The notes under the pieces are model-generated. The model saw only the letters and a list, made by a program, of their open reading frames with translations, was not told where the DNA came from and searched no databases. Of a stretch of DNA of 64,000 bases, positions 47,574 through 60,062 are shown in pieces. The translations under genes were made by a program, and so were the position numbers. The stretch comes from an uncultured delta proteobacterium. GTDB lineage: Bacteria; Desulfobacterota; Binatia; Binatales; Binataceae. The stretch spans positions 384,001-448,000 of the forward strand of contig CAVRVY010000004.1 of the NCBI GenBank assembly GCA_963724765.1. The letters run 5' to 3'. How positions within the stretch are numbered: the stretch's first letter is position 1; the number at the start of each line of letters is the position of its first letter.

Positions 47574-47720
47574 TCTGCTGCCGAGCATAATCCCCGGCGC
47601 GGGAGGCATCGGTGCCTTCCGCGCCGGTCATTTCCATTCGGGACGATTGCGAATCCGCACCTCGATGTGACATTCAAGGCAAGGCCGCTTGGACGGCGCT
47701 TGCTCGCGCGAGGGAATCGG

Positions 47721-49192
<1,472 letters not shown>

Positions 49193-49208
<16 letters not shown>

Positions 49209-49234
49209 TGAAACCGAGATCATGAAACTGCAAA
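49193..49234 (+). repeat. 3 x 14-bp tandem repeat across a stop/start junction
   Basis: GATGAAACTGAAAT / GATGAAACCGAGAT / CATGAAACTGCAAA. Confidence 0.75.
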
Positions 49235-50169
49235 CGCTGATCGAGCGGCGCCTGCTGCATCGCAAGGTGCAGGGGATCGCGGCGGCCCTCCTGCCCTATG
49301 ACGCGCATGGCGCGGTGGCGGTCGAAGACTTTCAGCGCCATCTGCTGGCGACGCATCGCGCGGGCCTGATGAACGCCGTGAACATGGATACCGGCTACGT
49401 GAACTATCTCAGCGACGCCGAACAGCACGAGGTCCTGCGATGGACCCGCGAGACGCTGGGCGCCGGTGTGCCGTTTGTCGCCGGCGCTTATATCGAAGGC
49501 CGCGAGGGCGAGGTGGTCGCGCTTTATCGGCGTCAGATGGACCTGATCGTGAAGTTTGGCGGCATTCCAATACTATTTCAGACCGCGCGACTGCACGGAA
49601 AATCGGACCAGGACAAGGTCGCGGCATATCGCGCCGCCTGCCGTGGCCACGCTGGAGTGTTGGGCTTCGAGTTGGGGCGCATGTTCGCGCCCAATGGGGA
49701 GATTTTCAGCGAAGCGACGCTGCGCGGTCTGATGGATATTCCGGAGCTGAAGGGAATCAAGCACTCTTCGCTCGATCGGCTGATGGAACTCGAGCGTCTA
49801 GCGCTGCGCGACGCAGTGCGGCCGGACTGGCGCATCTATACCGGCAACGATCTCGGCATCAACATGATCGAATACGGCTCGGATTTTCTCCTGGGCCTGG
49901 CGACTTTCGCGCCGGAGAAATTCGCCGAGCGCGACCGGCTATGGGAAACCGGCGACCCGGTCTACTACGCGCTTGGCGACGCCCTGCAGTACCTGGGCAA
50001 CGTGGCGTTTCGCGAGCCCGTCCCGGCCTACAAACATTCGGCCGCTACGTTTCTGCATCTGCTGGGACGAATTTCCAGCAGCCTGCCGCATGCGAAAAGC
50101 CCCAGGCGGCCGGCATGGGAGGCGGAGATTCTGCGCGACTGCGCGCGGCGGCTGAGATACGAAATTTAG
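49222..50169 (+). CDS. DapA/NAL (dihydrodipicolinate synthase-like) class I aldolase family protein
   Basis: Motifs: AALLPY, NMDTGY (variant of GxTGE), Schiff-base region LKGIKHSS, IYTGND. Confidence 0.75.
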   Translation: MKLQTLIERRLLHRKVQGIAAALLPYDAHGAVAVEDFQRHLLATHRAGLMNAVNMDTGYVNYLSDAEQHEVLRWTRETLGAGVPFVAGAYIEGREGEVVALYRRQMDLIVKFGGIPILFQTARLHGKSDQDKVAAYRAACRGHAGVLGFELGRMFAPNGEIFSEATLRGLMDIPELKGIKHSSLDRLMELERLALRDAVRPDWRIYTGNDLGINMIEYGSDFLLGLATFAPEKFAERDRLWETGDPVYYALGDALQYLGNVAFREPVPAYKHSAATFLHLLGRISSSLPHAKSPRRPAWEAEILRDCARRLRYEI

Positions 50170-50215
50170 CGGCCGGCTCGACGCCCTTGAAAGAAAGCGC
50201 GCGCGCCGAATCGGT

Positions 50216-52789
50216 TCACTGCGGATGCGCCGGCGGCGCTTCGCGCGATTCGCCGCCGTTGCGCGATGCGCGCGATCGTTCGGCCTCCAACAGCGGACGG
50301 ACCACCGCTGCCTCGCGTTCGATCTCTTCCAGCAGCCACTGCGCGCCTTCGACCGTGCCTTCCCGCGCCAGCCCTTCGAGCTGACTGCACAGCCGCGCCA
50401 TCCGCGCGAGGCCCAGGCTGAGACACGAGCCCTTGAATTCGTGGGCCCGCTCGTCCAACTCACCCACTTGTCCATGAGACGCAGCCTCGCGAATCGAAGC
50501 CACGCGGGAGTTCAGCTCACCATAGAACATATCGATAAGCTCGCCGAGGAAATCGCCGCTATCGCACGAGCGGGACAGGTCCAGCAGTTCAATCATTACT
50601 TCGGGGTCGATACTCTCGCAAGCTGACGTAGCCGCCGTTTTCGACGAACCGTTGTGGCCGTTCGATGTCCCCTTCAACGGAACCCAGCGCGCCAGCGCAG
50701 CCTCCAGCGCCTCCAGCCTCACGGGCTTCGCGATATAGTCATCCATCCCGGCCACGAAGCATCGCTCGCGCGCCCCCTCCTGCGCATACGCGGTCATCGC
50801 GATGACGATCGTGTGCCGGCGGCCCGACTCGCGGCGGCGAATCTCCGCGGTCGTCGCGTAGCCGTCCATCCGCGGCATCTGACAATCCATCAGCACCGCC
50901 GCGTAAGCGCCGCGTGCCATCAAGTCCAGCGCGGCCGGACCGTTGTCGATCGCGTCGGCGGCGTAGCCGAGCTTGCGAAGCTGGTTGAGCGCGAGCTTCT
51001 GGTTGATCGCGTTGTCCTCGACGACCAGCACCCGGATAGTGCGCTCCGGCTGCTGGCGCGCTTGCGGCTCTTCGATCGCCGCACCGTCGGCGCCGCCCTG
51101 GGTTACTTGATTGCGATGTCTCTGCGCCAGCAGTTCGTTCAGGCTTTGCAGGAGTTGCGAGGGCCGGATGGGCCGCGCGATCCGCATGTCGGCATGCGCG
51201 AAATGCTGCGCGCGATTCGAGATTTCCGCGGCCGGCGCGCTTGCTGCGATCATCCAGGTGCGGGCGATGGCCGGGTCCGCCCTGACCGCGCGCATGAGCT
51301 GCGTGCCGCCTGCGGCGGGCAAGCGCAGATCGACGATGGCGGCGTCGTACGGCGTTCCCGCAGCCGCATTTGCGCGCAACAAGCTGAGCGCCTCGGATTC
51401 GTCGGCGGCCGAATCGGCGCGAACACCCCAAGCGTCGAGTCGTTTACGGAGGCTCGCGCGAAGGGTCGCGTTGTCCTCGATCACCAGCAACCTCAGCCGT
51501 GCCAGTCCAGAGCGCGAATCCGACGCAGCGCTGACGAACGGGCGCTGCTTTTGCAACGTCATCGTTAGGCGAAAGACCGATCCGTATCCGGGTTCGCTCT
51601 CGACCTCGATATGCCCGCCCATCCGCTCGACAAGTTGGGCCGAGATGGCAAGCCCAAGGCCCGAGCCGCCATACTTGCGCGTGGTTGAACCGTCAACCTG
51701 TGAGAATGGCTGAAACAGCAGCTTCTGCGCGTCCGGCGCAATTCCGATTCCAGTGTCACGTACTTCGCAGCGCACCGACGCAGTGGCCGCGGACTCCGCC
51801 TCCCTGGCCAGGCGCACCACTATCTCGCCGCGCTCGGTGAACTTGACCGCATTGCTGATCAGGTTCACCAGTACCTGCTGGAGCCGCGCGGGGTCGCCGC
51901 GCAACAGGCGCGGCACGTCATCGTCGGCGTCCAGAATCAGCTCGACGTTGCTTCTTTGCGCGCGCTCGCCGAACAAGCCCACCGCGGTTTCCACCACTTG
52001 CTCGAGGTCGAAGTCGATTTGTTGCAACACGACCTTGCCCGCCGCGAGCTTGGAGAAATCCAGCAGGTCGCTGACCATGCCGAAGAGCAAGTCAGTGCTC
52101 AATTGTACGGTTTCAGCATACTCGCGCTGCTCGGGGCTGAGCTCGGTGCCGAGTAACAACTGGGTCATGCCGATTATGCCGTTGAGCGGAGTGCGGATCT
52201 CGTGGCTCATGTTGCTGAGGAACTCGGAACGAATACGTTCGGCTTCGAGCGCGAGGTCGCGCGCGCGCTTCATCTGCTCTTCGGCAAGCTTGCGTTCGCT
52301 GATGTCGCGCAGAACCACCATCCCACCAAGGATCGTGCCATCGTCGGTCCTGACCGGACACGCGAACACCTCGACCCATAGGTCGGCCGCCATGGTCGGC
52401 CCACGCAGGATGAATTGAGCGTTGTTGACCGCCTCGCCCTGCATCGCACGGGCAAGTGGCCGTTGTTCCATCGCGATTGGCCGTTCGCCGTGCGATAGGA
52501 GTAACTGGTATTTGTCCGCCGCCTTCCTGAGGTCCTCGCCTCTCAAGTCGGCGCCGAATATCACGCTCGCCCCACGGTTGAATTGGACCAGGCGCAAATC
52601 GCGGTCGCAGACCATCACGCCCTCGGCCATGTTGTCGAGCACGAATTGCAAGAGATCGATCTGGTGGCGTGGTTGCAACTCTGAGGCGCCCGACTTGGCG
52701 GCCTCTGTTGCGGCCGATGTGACGCTGCGTCTGGATCGTGCCTTCAGGTATTCCAGCAAGTTCGCTCCAATCCCGGATAAATCCGCCAT
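50216..52789 (-). CDS. hybrid sensor histidine kinase (PAS-HisKA-HATPase-REC-REC-Hpt), cytoplasmic
   Basis: Motifs: FLSNMSHEIRTPLNG, NLISNAVKFT, DTGIG, GGSGLGL, AIVDL, VLMDCQMP, AHEFKGS. No TM segment seen. Confidence 0.92.
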   Translation of the reverse strand: MADLSGIGANLLEYLKARSRRSVTSAATEAAKSGASELQPRHQIDLLQFVLDNMAEGVMVCDRDLRLVQFNRGASVIFGADLRGEDLRKAADKYQLLLSHGERPIAMEQRPLARAMQGEAVNNAQFILRGPTMAADLWVEVFACPVRTDDGTILGGMVVLRDISERKLAEEQMKRARDLALEAERIRSEFLSNMSHEIRTPLNGIIGMTQLLLGTELSPEQREYAETVQLSTDLLFGMVSDLLDFSKLAAGKVVLQQIDFDLEQVVETAVGLFGERAQRSNVELILDADDDVPRLLRGDPARLQQVLVNLISNAVKFTERGEIVVRLAREAESAATASVRCEVRDTGIGIAPDAQKLLFQPFSQVDGSTTRKYGGSGLGLAISAQLVERMGGHIEVESEPGYGSVFRLTMTLQKQRPFVSAASDSRSGLARLRLLVIEDNATLRASLRKRLDAWGVRADSAADESEALSLLRANAAAGTPYDAAIVDLRLPAAGGTQLMRAVRADPAIARTWMIAASAPAAEISNRAQHFAHADMRIARPIRPSQLLQSLNELLAQRHRNQVTQGGADGAAIEEPQARQQPERTIRVLVVEDNAINQKLALNQLRKLGYAADAIDNGPAALDLMARGAYAAVLMDCQMPRMDGYATTAEIRRRESGRRHTIVIAMTAYAQEGARERCFVAGMDDYIAKPVRLEALEAALARWVPLKGTSNGHNGSSKTAATSACESIDPEVMIELLDLSRSCDSGDFLGELIDMFYGELNSRVASIREAASHGQVGELDERAHEFKGSCLSLGLARMARLCSQLEGLAREGTVEGAQWLLEEIEREAAVVRPLLEAERSRASRNGGESREAPPAHPQ

Positions 52790-52970
52790 CGCTACGCCTC
52801 GCACGCCTACCGACTCAACGCGGGCCCGCCTTGGCCATTGGGAGCCCGAACGGTTTAACAATCGCACCACGACGCAGCCTGCAGGCGACTGCCGGTCGAT
52901 GCGATAGGAAGCTCGCACCGAACGCGACACGATGCAGAATTTGTGCCTAGATGAGCGATATGATGCATCG

Positions 52971-53050
52971 ATGACCAATATTCATGCTCATTAGCCACAC
53001 AGCTTCATTCGTCGTTCACGAAATATGCCTTATTAGTCAATATTGGTCAT
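52971..53050. promoter_or_regulatory. 12-bp inverted repeat in the divergent HK/HTH intergenic region
   Basis: ATGACCAATATT (52971-52982) and AATATTGGTCAT (53039-53050). Confidence 0.5.
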
Positions 53051-53490
53051 AAATAGGCACCGCTCTGCGAAACTGGGATGCTCACTCGGAATTCAGTTCA
53101 CAACTCTCGGTGCAAGATTGCCCGCCGTGTCGTAGCTTCGCCACAAGGGCGGACCTGGATTGTGGCTAACTTTCAACAGCCTATGATCCTTTGTCCACAA
53201 ATATTTCTTTCGAATTTTCGCAGACCTGAGCCTTTTTAGCTTTATCTATGCATCAGATTCCTCTGCGCAACAATTAGTTGCCCGCACCATCTATGCGACC
53301 TTCGTCGATGATGCTAGACAGGCAATGACAGCTTCTACGCAGCGCAACTATGCTGTCAGCCGCGTGCGACGCTTTTTCGACAGGCGCTTTCTGGCGCCTT
53401 GTGAGGGGGGGGACCGGCGGAGATTCCTTCCGGCACCCTCTGATGATTCTCTGGCAAGCCGCGGCTGTTTGCAGGTTCGAGGGAGCGATA

Positions 53491-53724
53491 ATGACTCGAG
53501 ATAGTGACCGGCCGCTGTTCGGGCGACAGAGCAAGGTGATGACCGTGGAGGAGGTGTCCGAATATTTGCACGTGCATCCTTCCACCATCTACCGGCTGAT
53601 CAAGCGACGTAAGATTCCGGCCTTTCGGATCGGCAGCGACTGGCGCTTCAACATCGAGACGATCGACAAATGGCGTTCGGAAATGGAAGCGGGCGCTCCC
53701 GGTCCTCCCAAGGGCAAACCTTGA
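53491..53724 (+). CDS. small HTH_17 (excisionase/MerR-like) DNA-binding protein
   Basis: MTVEEVSEYLHVHPSTIYRLIKRRKIPAFRIGSDWRF. GAGGGAG RBS. Confidence 0.88.
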   Translation: MTRDSDRPLFGRQSKVMTVEEVSEYLHVHPSTIYRLIKRRKIPAFRIGSDWRFNIETIDKWRSEMEAGAPGPPKGKP

Positions 53725-53853
53725 GCAAGACCTGCCTGCCCGATACAGGAGATCGCCCGCATTCCTCGAGCCTTTCTGTGGTCGCTGGAACGCAATTCCC
53801 GCGGCGACTTCAGTAGCGCACGGCCCACACTTTTTTACGAACCCGTCTGACCG

Positions 53854-53921
53854 AATCCGTTAGCCGATCCGTTAGACCAGATCCATTAGCTCCAAATCGG
53901 TTAGCTCAAAATCCGTTAGCC
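53854..53921. repeat. 5 x ATCCGTTAG-like direct repeats with 12-15 bp period
   Basis: AATCCGTTAGCC, GATCCGTTAGACCA, GATCCATTAGCTCCA, AATCGGTTAGCTCAA, AATCCGTTAGCC. Confidence 0.8.
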
Positions 53922-53955
53922 ATGAAAGCGCCGGCCGCACTAAGATGCGGCTGCT

Positions 53956-55128
53956 ATGAGCAAGCTTCCGCTCTCCCGCTTCAAGGTCATCGACCTTACT
54001 CGCGCGCGCTCGGGCCCCACCGCCGTGCGCCAGCTCGCCGACTGGGGCGCCGATGTGCTGAAGATCGAAACACCGGACAACAACGCCACCGAGGTCGGTT
54101 CGCGCGCGAGTCCCGATTTCCAGAACCTGCATCGCAACAAGCGCAGCCTTACGCTTAACCTCAAGGACCCCGAGGCGCTCGCAATCCTCAAGCGCCTGGT
54201 TGAGCAGGCCGACGTGCTGGTCGAAAACTATCGTCCCGGCGTCAAGCGACGGCTCGGCATCGATTACGAGCATCTGCGAGCGATCAACCCGCGGCTGGTG
54301 TATGCGAGTATCTCCGGGTTCGGCCAGGAGGGCCCTTACGCCGACCGCCCGGGCCTCGACCAGATTGCGCAGGGGATGGGCGGACTGATGTCGATAACCG
54401 GGCTCGCGGGCCAGGGGCCGGTCCGCGTCGGCATCGCGATCGCCGATCTAAGCGCCGGGGTTTTCTGCGCGATGGGCATCCTGCTCGCGCTGCTGGAGCG
54501 CGAGGAGTCGGGCGAGGGACAGTGGGTGCAAACCTCGCTGCTCGCGGCGCAGGTCGCGATGCTGGATTTTCAGGCGGCGCGCTGGCTGCTCGGCAGGGAA
54601 GTACCGGAGCAGGCCGGCAACAATCATCCGACCGCGATTCCGACTGGCGTATTTGCCACGGCCGACGGGCACATCAATATCGCGGGCTCCGGCCATGAAC
54701 TGTTCACTCGCCTGTGCAAGGCGCTCGGGGCCGAGCAGCTCGCCGCCGATCCGGAGTACTCAAGCGGCAAGGCCCGGCTGCACAACCGCGACCGGCTAAA
54801 CGCGGCTATCGAGGCGATCACCCGCACCCGGCCATCAGCCGAATGGATCGAGATTCTCAACCGCGCAGGCGTTCCCTGCGGCCCGATCTATCGCATCGAT
54901 CAGGTATTCGCCGACCCGCAGGTGCGGCACATCGGAATCGCGCGCGCGGTTGAGAGCCCCGCGCATGGACGCCAGGAGCTGGTCGGCCAAGCGGTGGACC
55001 TGAGCCGCACACCGTGGCAGTTGCGAGCGCCGACGCCCGAGAAAGGCGAGCATACCGATGCCGTGCTGATCGCACTCGGATACGACGCGGCCGCGATCGC
55101 CAGACTGCGAGCGCGCGGCGCGATCTGA
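53956..55128 (+). CDS. class III CoA-transferase (CaiB/BaiF, formyl-CoA transferase-like)
   Basis: Motifs: VIDLTRARSGP, GADVLKIE, HRNKRSLTLNLK, DVLVENYRPG, SISGFGQEGP, DQIAQGMGG. Confidence 0.92.
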   Translation: MSKLPLSRFKVIDLTRARSGPTAVRQLADWGADVLKIETPDNNATEVGSRASPDFQNLHRNKRSLTLNLKDPEALAILKRLVEQADVLVENYRPGVKRRLGIDYEHLRAINPRLVYASISGFGQEGPYADRPGLDQIAQGMGGLMSITGLAGQGPVRVGIAIADLSAGVFCAMGILLALLEREESGEGQWVQTSLLAAQVAMLDFQAARWLLGREVPEQAGNNHPTAIPTGVFATADGHINIAGSGHELFTRLCKALGAEQLAADPEYSSGKARLHNRDRLNAAIEAITRTRPSAEWIEILNRAGVPCGPIYRIDQVFADPQVRHIGIARAVESPAHGRQELVGQAVDLSRTPWQLRAPTPEKGEHTDAVLIALGYDAAAIARLRARGAI

Positions 55129-55145
55129 GAGAGTCCATTTGAGCC

Positions 55146-55184
55146 ATCCGCAATTGCAACCGGCAATTGTGATCCGCAATTGCC
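55146..55184. repeat. 3 x 13-bp tandem repeat
   Basis: ATCCGCAATTGCA / ACCGGCAATTGTG / ATCCGCAATTGCC. Confidence 0.7.
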
Positions 55185-55242
55185 GGCTGTGAACACGAAC
55201 CCCCTTGCCCGCGCCGATGCTGTTGGCTAGCCTGCATCCGTC

Positions 55243-55806
55243 TTGAGAAATCCCCGATTCATATTCGCGGCAGGCGCGCTCGCGCTGGTTATGGCGACGG
55301 CTTTGCCGATCAATGGCGGAGCGGAAGACGCGGCGGCTGGAAAGATCAACATCAACGTCGCGTGCCGTTGCCCCGACGCCGTAGGGCAAAATTTCTGCGC
55401 GGTCTTCAAGCAGAAAATCCAGAAGTCGGTTGGCTATCAACTGGCTGACAATACCAACGGGTATGGGATGGGCGTGCACCTTGCCTGCGAGGACATGTGG
55501 AAGGGCATCGACAACAAGCTCGCCGGCCGCATGTCCGCGGTATCCGTGACCTTCACGATTTACTCTGACAAGCTGCCGGGCGAGGTGTTCGAGGATTCTT
55601 CCGTGTTTCGGGTCGGCAAAGACAAGGTGCCCGAAATGTCGGATCAGATTGTCATCGGGCTGGGCCAGTTCGTCAGCGCTAATTCCAGTTTCTTCGAAAG
55701 CATGCGCGCAAGCGCCAACGCGTCCTCGCCCGCGCCTTCCACAGAACCGTCGTCCGAACCGTCGTCAGAATCTTCGTCCGAACCCTCGCCCGTTGCTTCG
55801 CCTTAG
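55243..55806 (+). CDS. secreted hypothetical protein with EPSS-repeat tail
   Basis: Hydrophobic leader and a CRC...C...C domain. A 4 x 12-bp in-frame repeat (55744-55791) encodes EPSS/ESSS/EPSP. Confidence 0.65.
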   Translation: MRNPRFIFAAGALALVMATALPINGGAEDAAAGKININVACRCPDAVGQNFCAVFKQKIQKSVGYQLADNTNGYGMGVHLACEDMWKGIDNKLAGRMSAVSVTFTIYSDKLPGEVFEDSSVFRVGKDKVPEMSDQIVIGLGQFVSANSSFFESMRASANASSPAPSTEPSSEPSSESSSEPSPVASP

Positions 55807-55859
55807 AAGCGTTCCTTCGACTTGGAAGCGCTCCTTCGTCTTGGAAGAAGAACTTCCAT
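55803..55859 (+). repeat. 19-bp tandem repeat (two close copies plus a degenerate third) starting at a stop codon
   Basis: TTAGAAGCGTTCCTTCGAC / TTGGAAGCGCTCCTTCGTC / TTGGAAGAAGAACTTCCAT. Confidence 0.65.
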
Positions 55860-55895
55860 CGCTTCTGTAGTCGCGCGCTCGGACTAGCCGGCGGC

Positions 55896-56747
55896 TCAGC
55901 TCTGCTGCTGCGGAGCGAAAAAAGCGATCGTGCGGGCCTCGATACTCTCGCGGGGAGCGGGGTCGGGCGGCGACGTCGGATCGTCGAACGCCGTATGCGC
56001 GGTCCATCGCGCACGCCCATCAACGGATGAGTCGTAACACTTGAGCAGCAGCGCCTCGTCGCGCTGCATCCGTGGAAAATAAAACCATCGATGCTCCGGG
56101 CTGAAGGCCACCGAGTAGACTTCGCCGGTGCGGTCGCGGTACTTGAGGTCGGTCGGCACGAAGTCGGCAAGGCGCATGCTTTGCGCGTCGCATACCGCAA
56201 GCGGCGCTTCTTCCACCGGGCCGCGAATCGGCCGCCACACGTTGATGAAAACGAACCGGTTCTTCAGCAGCGCTTCGGCCTCGTCGCCCATCAGGTCGCG
56301 CACACGCTGCGGACCGGACTTAAGCGTGTAGTCGTTATGCGCGAAGCGAACGGGCTCGCGCGCACCGTTCAGCCCCTGCTTCGCCATCGGACCGCATCGC
56401 ACGTTGTGATCGAACACCAGCACTCGCACGGCGCCGGTCGCCTGCCTCACCAGCCGCTCGACCTCGGGATAATAGACCGCACGGACTTCGGCTTCGTCAT
56501 AGAAATTCACGATCGCGGTCGGATGGCGCACCAGCGCGAAGCCCTGGCCGTCCAGCGTCAATCGCTCGTTGACAGTGCGGCCGTTAAGAATCGCCATCGT
56601 GTGCTTGATGTTCTGGTAGGTCCGCTGCGGCGTCCCGTCCTCGGTCTTGTACATGAAAGTGACCGGCTTTTCCGCCGTCACGGCGAGGTAGTTTAGCGGG
56701 GCTTCTACACGACCAACCGTCGTGTCGATGTGCGTGCTCTCGTCCAT
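55896..56747 (-). CDS. CmcJ/NvfI/AsaB-like oxidoreductase
   Basis: Motifs: TLDGQGFAL..HPT, YYPEVE, VFDHNVR, HNDYT, INVWRPI, PLAVCDA, HTAF.DP, PRESIE.R. Confidence 0.82.
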   Translation of the reverse strand: MDESTHIDTTVGRVEAPLNYLAVTAEKPVTFMYKTEDGTPQRTYQNIKHTMAILNGRTVNERLTLDGQGFALVRHPTAIVNFYDEAEVRAVYYPEVERLVRQATGAVRVLVFDHNVRCGPMAKQGLNGAREPVRFAHNDYTLKSGPQRVRDLMGDEAEALLKNRFVFINVWRPIRGPVEEAPLAVCDAQSMRLADFVPTDLKYRDRTGEVYSVAFSPEHRWFYFPRMQRDEALLLKCYDSSVDGRARWTAHTAFDDPTSPPDPAPRESIEARTIAFFAPQQQS

Positions 56748-56923
56748 GTTGTGTGGCCTGCCTTCTGCGTTCGTCGTTACAACGAACTGCTATGACTGAT
56801 CAGATACTAGAGCAATTCCCGTGCTCGGGAGAATACTGAAGAAATCACTGGATTTCTAACCCCAAGCGCTTTCCTGAAATGCGAGAAAGCACGGGCGGCG
56901 GGCGGTTATTCGCAAAACGCCGA

Positions 56924-58402
56924 TCAGGCAGTAGATTCGATGCGTTCCAGCGCGGCACGCAATCGGGCGGCGGTGCGCGCCTTTCCGAGCACCGCGATCA
57001 CCTCGTAAATACCCGGGCTTATCGTGCCGCCGGTCAGCGCCACGCGCACCGGCTGCGCCAGTTGTCCGAGCTTCAATCCGAACCGCTCCAGCACCCGCTC
57101 GAACGCCGTCTGGATGCTCGCCTCGTTGAAGTCGCCGTCAATCGATTCGATCCCGTGCGATTCGATGTCGATCGATTCGATCTCTTGCGCGAGCGCCTTT
57201 AGCGGCTCAACGATCTCCGGCTTGAGAAACTTCGCGGCGGCCTTGGGATCGATCGTAATGGCATTGCTCAAATAGAACTTCGCGAAGTCGACCAGTTCGA
57301 CCAAGGTCTTGGCGCGCTCGCGCAGCGTCGCGATCATTTTTTCGAGCCAGGCCTCGTCGCCGGGAATTTGCGTGTAACCGGCGCGCTCGATAAACGGGCG
57401 CACCTCACGCGCGAGTTGTTCAAGCGGCCGATCCTTCATGTAATGAAAATTCAGCCACAGAAGCTTCTCGGCGTTGAAAATTCCCGCCGACTTGCCGCAG
57501 GCGGCGAAATCGAAAAACTCGATTAGCTCTTTTTTGGAAAAAATCTCCTGGTCGCCGTGCGACCACCCCAGCCGCGCCAGGTAGTTGAGCAGCGCCTCGG
57601 GAAAGTAGCCGGCGTCGCGGTAGGCAAAGACCGACGTCGCGCCGTGACGCTTGGAAAGCTTCTGCCCGTCCGGCCCCATCACCATCGGCAGATGCGCATA
57701 CTCGGGCGGCTTCAGCCCGAGCGCGAAGAAGATCTGCATCTGCCGCGGCGTGTTGGGCAGATGGTCGTCGCCGCGCACGACGTGGGTGACGCCGAAGTCG
57801 GCGTCGTCGAGCACGGTGGCGAAGTTGTAGGTCGGTACGCCGTCGGAGCGAAAAATGATGAGATCGTCGAGCTCGGCGTTGTCGAACACGGCGCGGCCCT
57901 TGATGTGATCCGCAACCACGGTCTCGCCGGTGCGCGGCGTGCGAAAACGAATCGTGTAGTTGCGGCCGGCGCGCTTGTCGGGCAGCGCGAGGTCCGCGGG
58001 AAACGGGAGGTCGCGGCACTTGCCGTCGTAGCCGGGCTTGCGATGCTCGCGTTCGGCTTGCTTGCGCTTGGCGTCCAGTTCCTCCGCGGTGCAGTAGCAG
58101 GGGTAAGCTTTTTTCTCGCGCAGCAACTGCAGCGCGCCCGCGCGATAACGATCGAAGCGGCTCGATTGAAAGTAATGGCGGTCGGGCGGCCCTTTGTCCC
58201 ACTCCATCCCGAGCCAGCGCAGACTCTCGAGAATCTCCGCGAGCGACTCCGCGGTGGAGCGCTCCTGGTCGGTGTCGTCGATGCGCAGGATGAATTCGCC
58301 GCCGTTGTGTCGCGCGAACAGGTAGGCGAACAATCCCGAACGCACGTTGCCGATATGCAGTGCACCGGTCGGACTCGGCGCGTAGCGGGTACGAACGGTC
58401 AC
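56924..58402 (-). CDS. gltX: glutamate--tRNA ligase
   Basis: Motifs: RTRYAPSPTGALHIG, LRIDDTD, YPCYC, THVVRGDDH, KLSKR. GTG start. Confidence 0.96.
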   Translation of the reverse strand: MTVRTRYAPSPTGALHIGNVRSGLFAYLFARHNGGEFILRIDDTDQERSTAESLAEILESLRWLGMEWDKGPPDRHYFQSSRFDRYRAGALQLLREKKAYPCYCTAEELDAKRKQAEREHRKPGYDGKCRDLPFPADLALPDKRAGRNYTIRFRTPRTGETVVADHIKGRAVFDNAELDDLIIFRSDGVPTYNFATVLDDADFGVTHVVRGDDHLPNTPRQMQIFFALGLKPPEYAHLPMVMGPDGQKLSKRHGATSVFAYRDAGYFPEALLNYLARLGWSHGDQEIFSKKELIEFFDFAACGKSAGIFNAEKLLWLNFHYMKDRPLEQLAREVRPFIERAGYTQIPGDEAWLEKMIATLRERAKTLVELVDFAKFYLSNAITIDPKAAAKFLKPEIVEPLKALAQEIESIDIESHGIESIDGDFNEASIQTAFERVLERFGLKLGQLAQPVRVALTGGTISPGIYEVIAVLGKARTAARLRAALERIESTA

Positions 58403-58409
58403 GCTGTAG

Positions 58410-59942
<1,533 letters not shown>

Positions 59943-60062
59943 GAAATCCGACCTGCCGTTAACTATATCGAAGCCGGCGCGGGCGGCGAAATGCATGCGG
60001 CGCGCGCCTTTCCACAATGCACACGCCGCGTCGCCCCGGCGCGGTCACCAGGTTGTTCGTGT

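Noticed and set aside
49222-50169. Calling this gene dapA
   Set aside because: It lacks the GTTGE motif and has no lysine-pathway context.
53491-53724. Prophage/ICE excisionase
   Set aside because: No integrase, att repeat or phage genes are nearby.
53854-53921. CRISPR array (also 45581-45628)
   Set aside because: The units are far too short, there are no unique spacers of 25-45 bp, and no cas genes are present.
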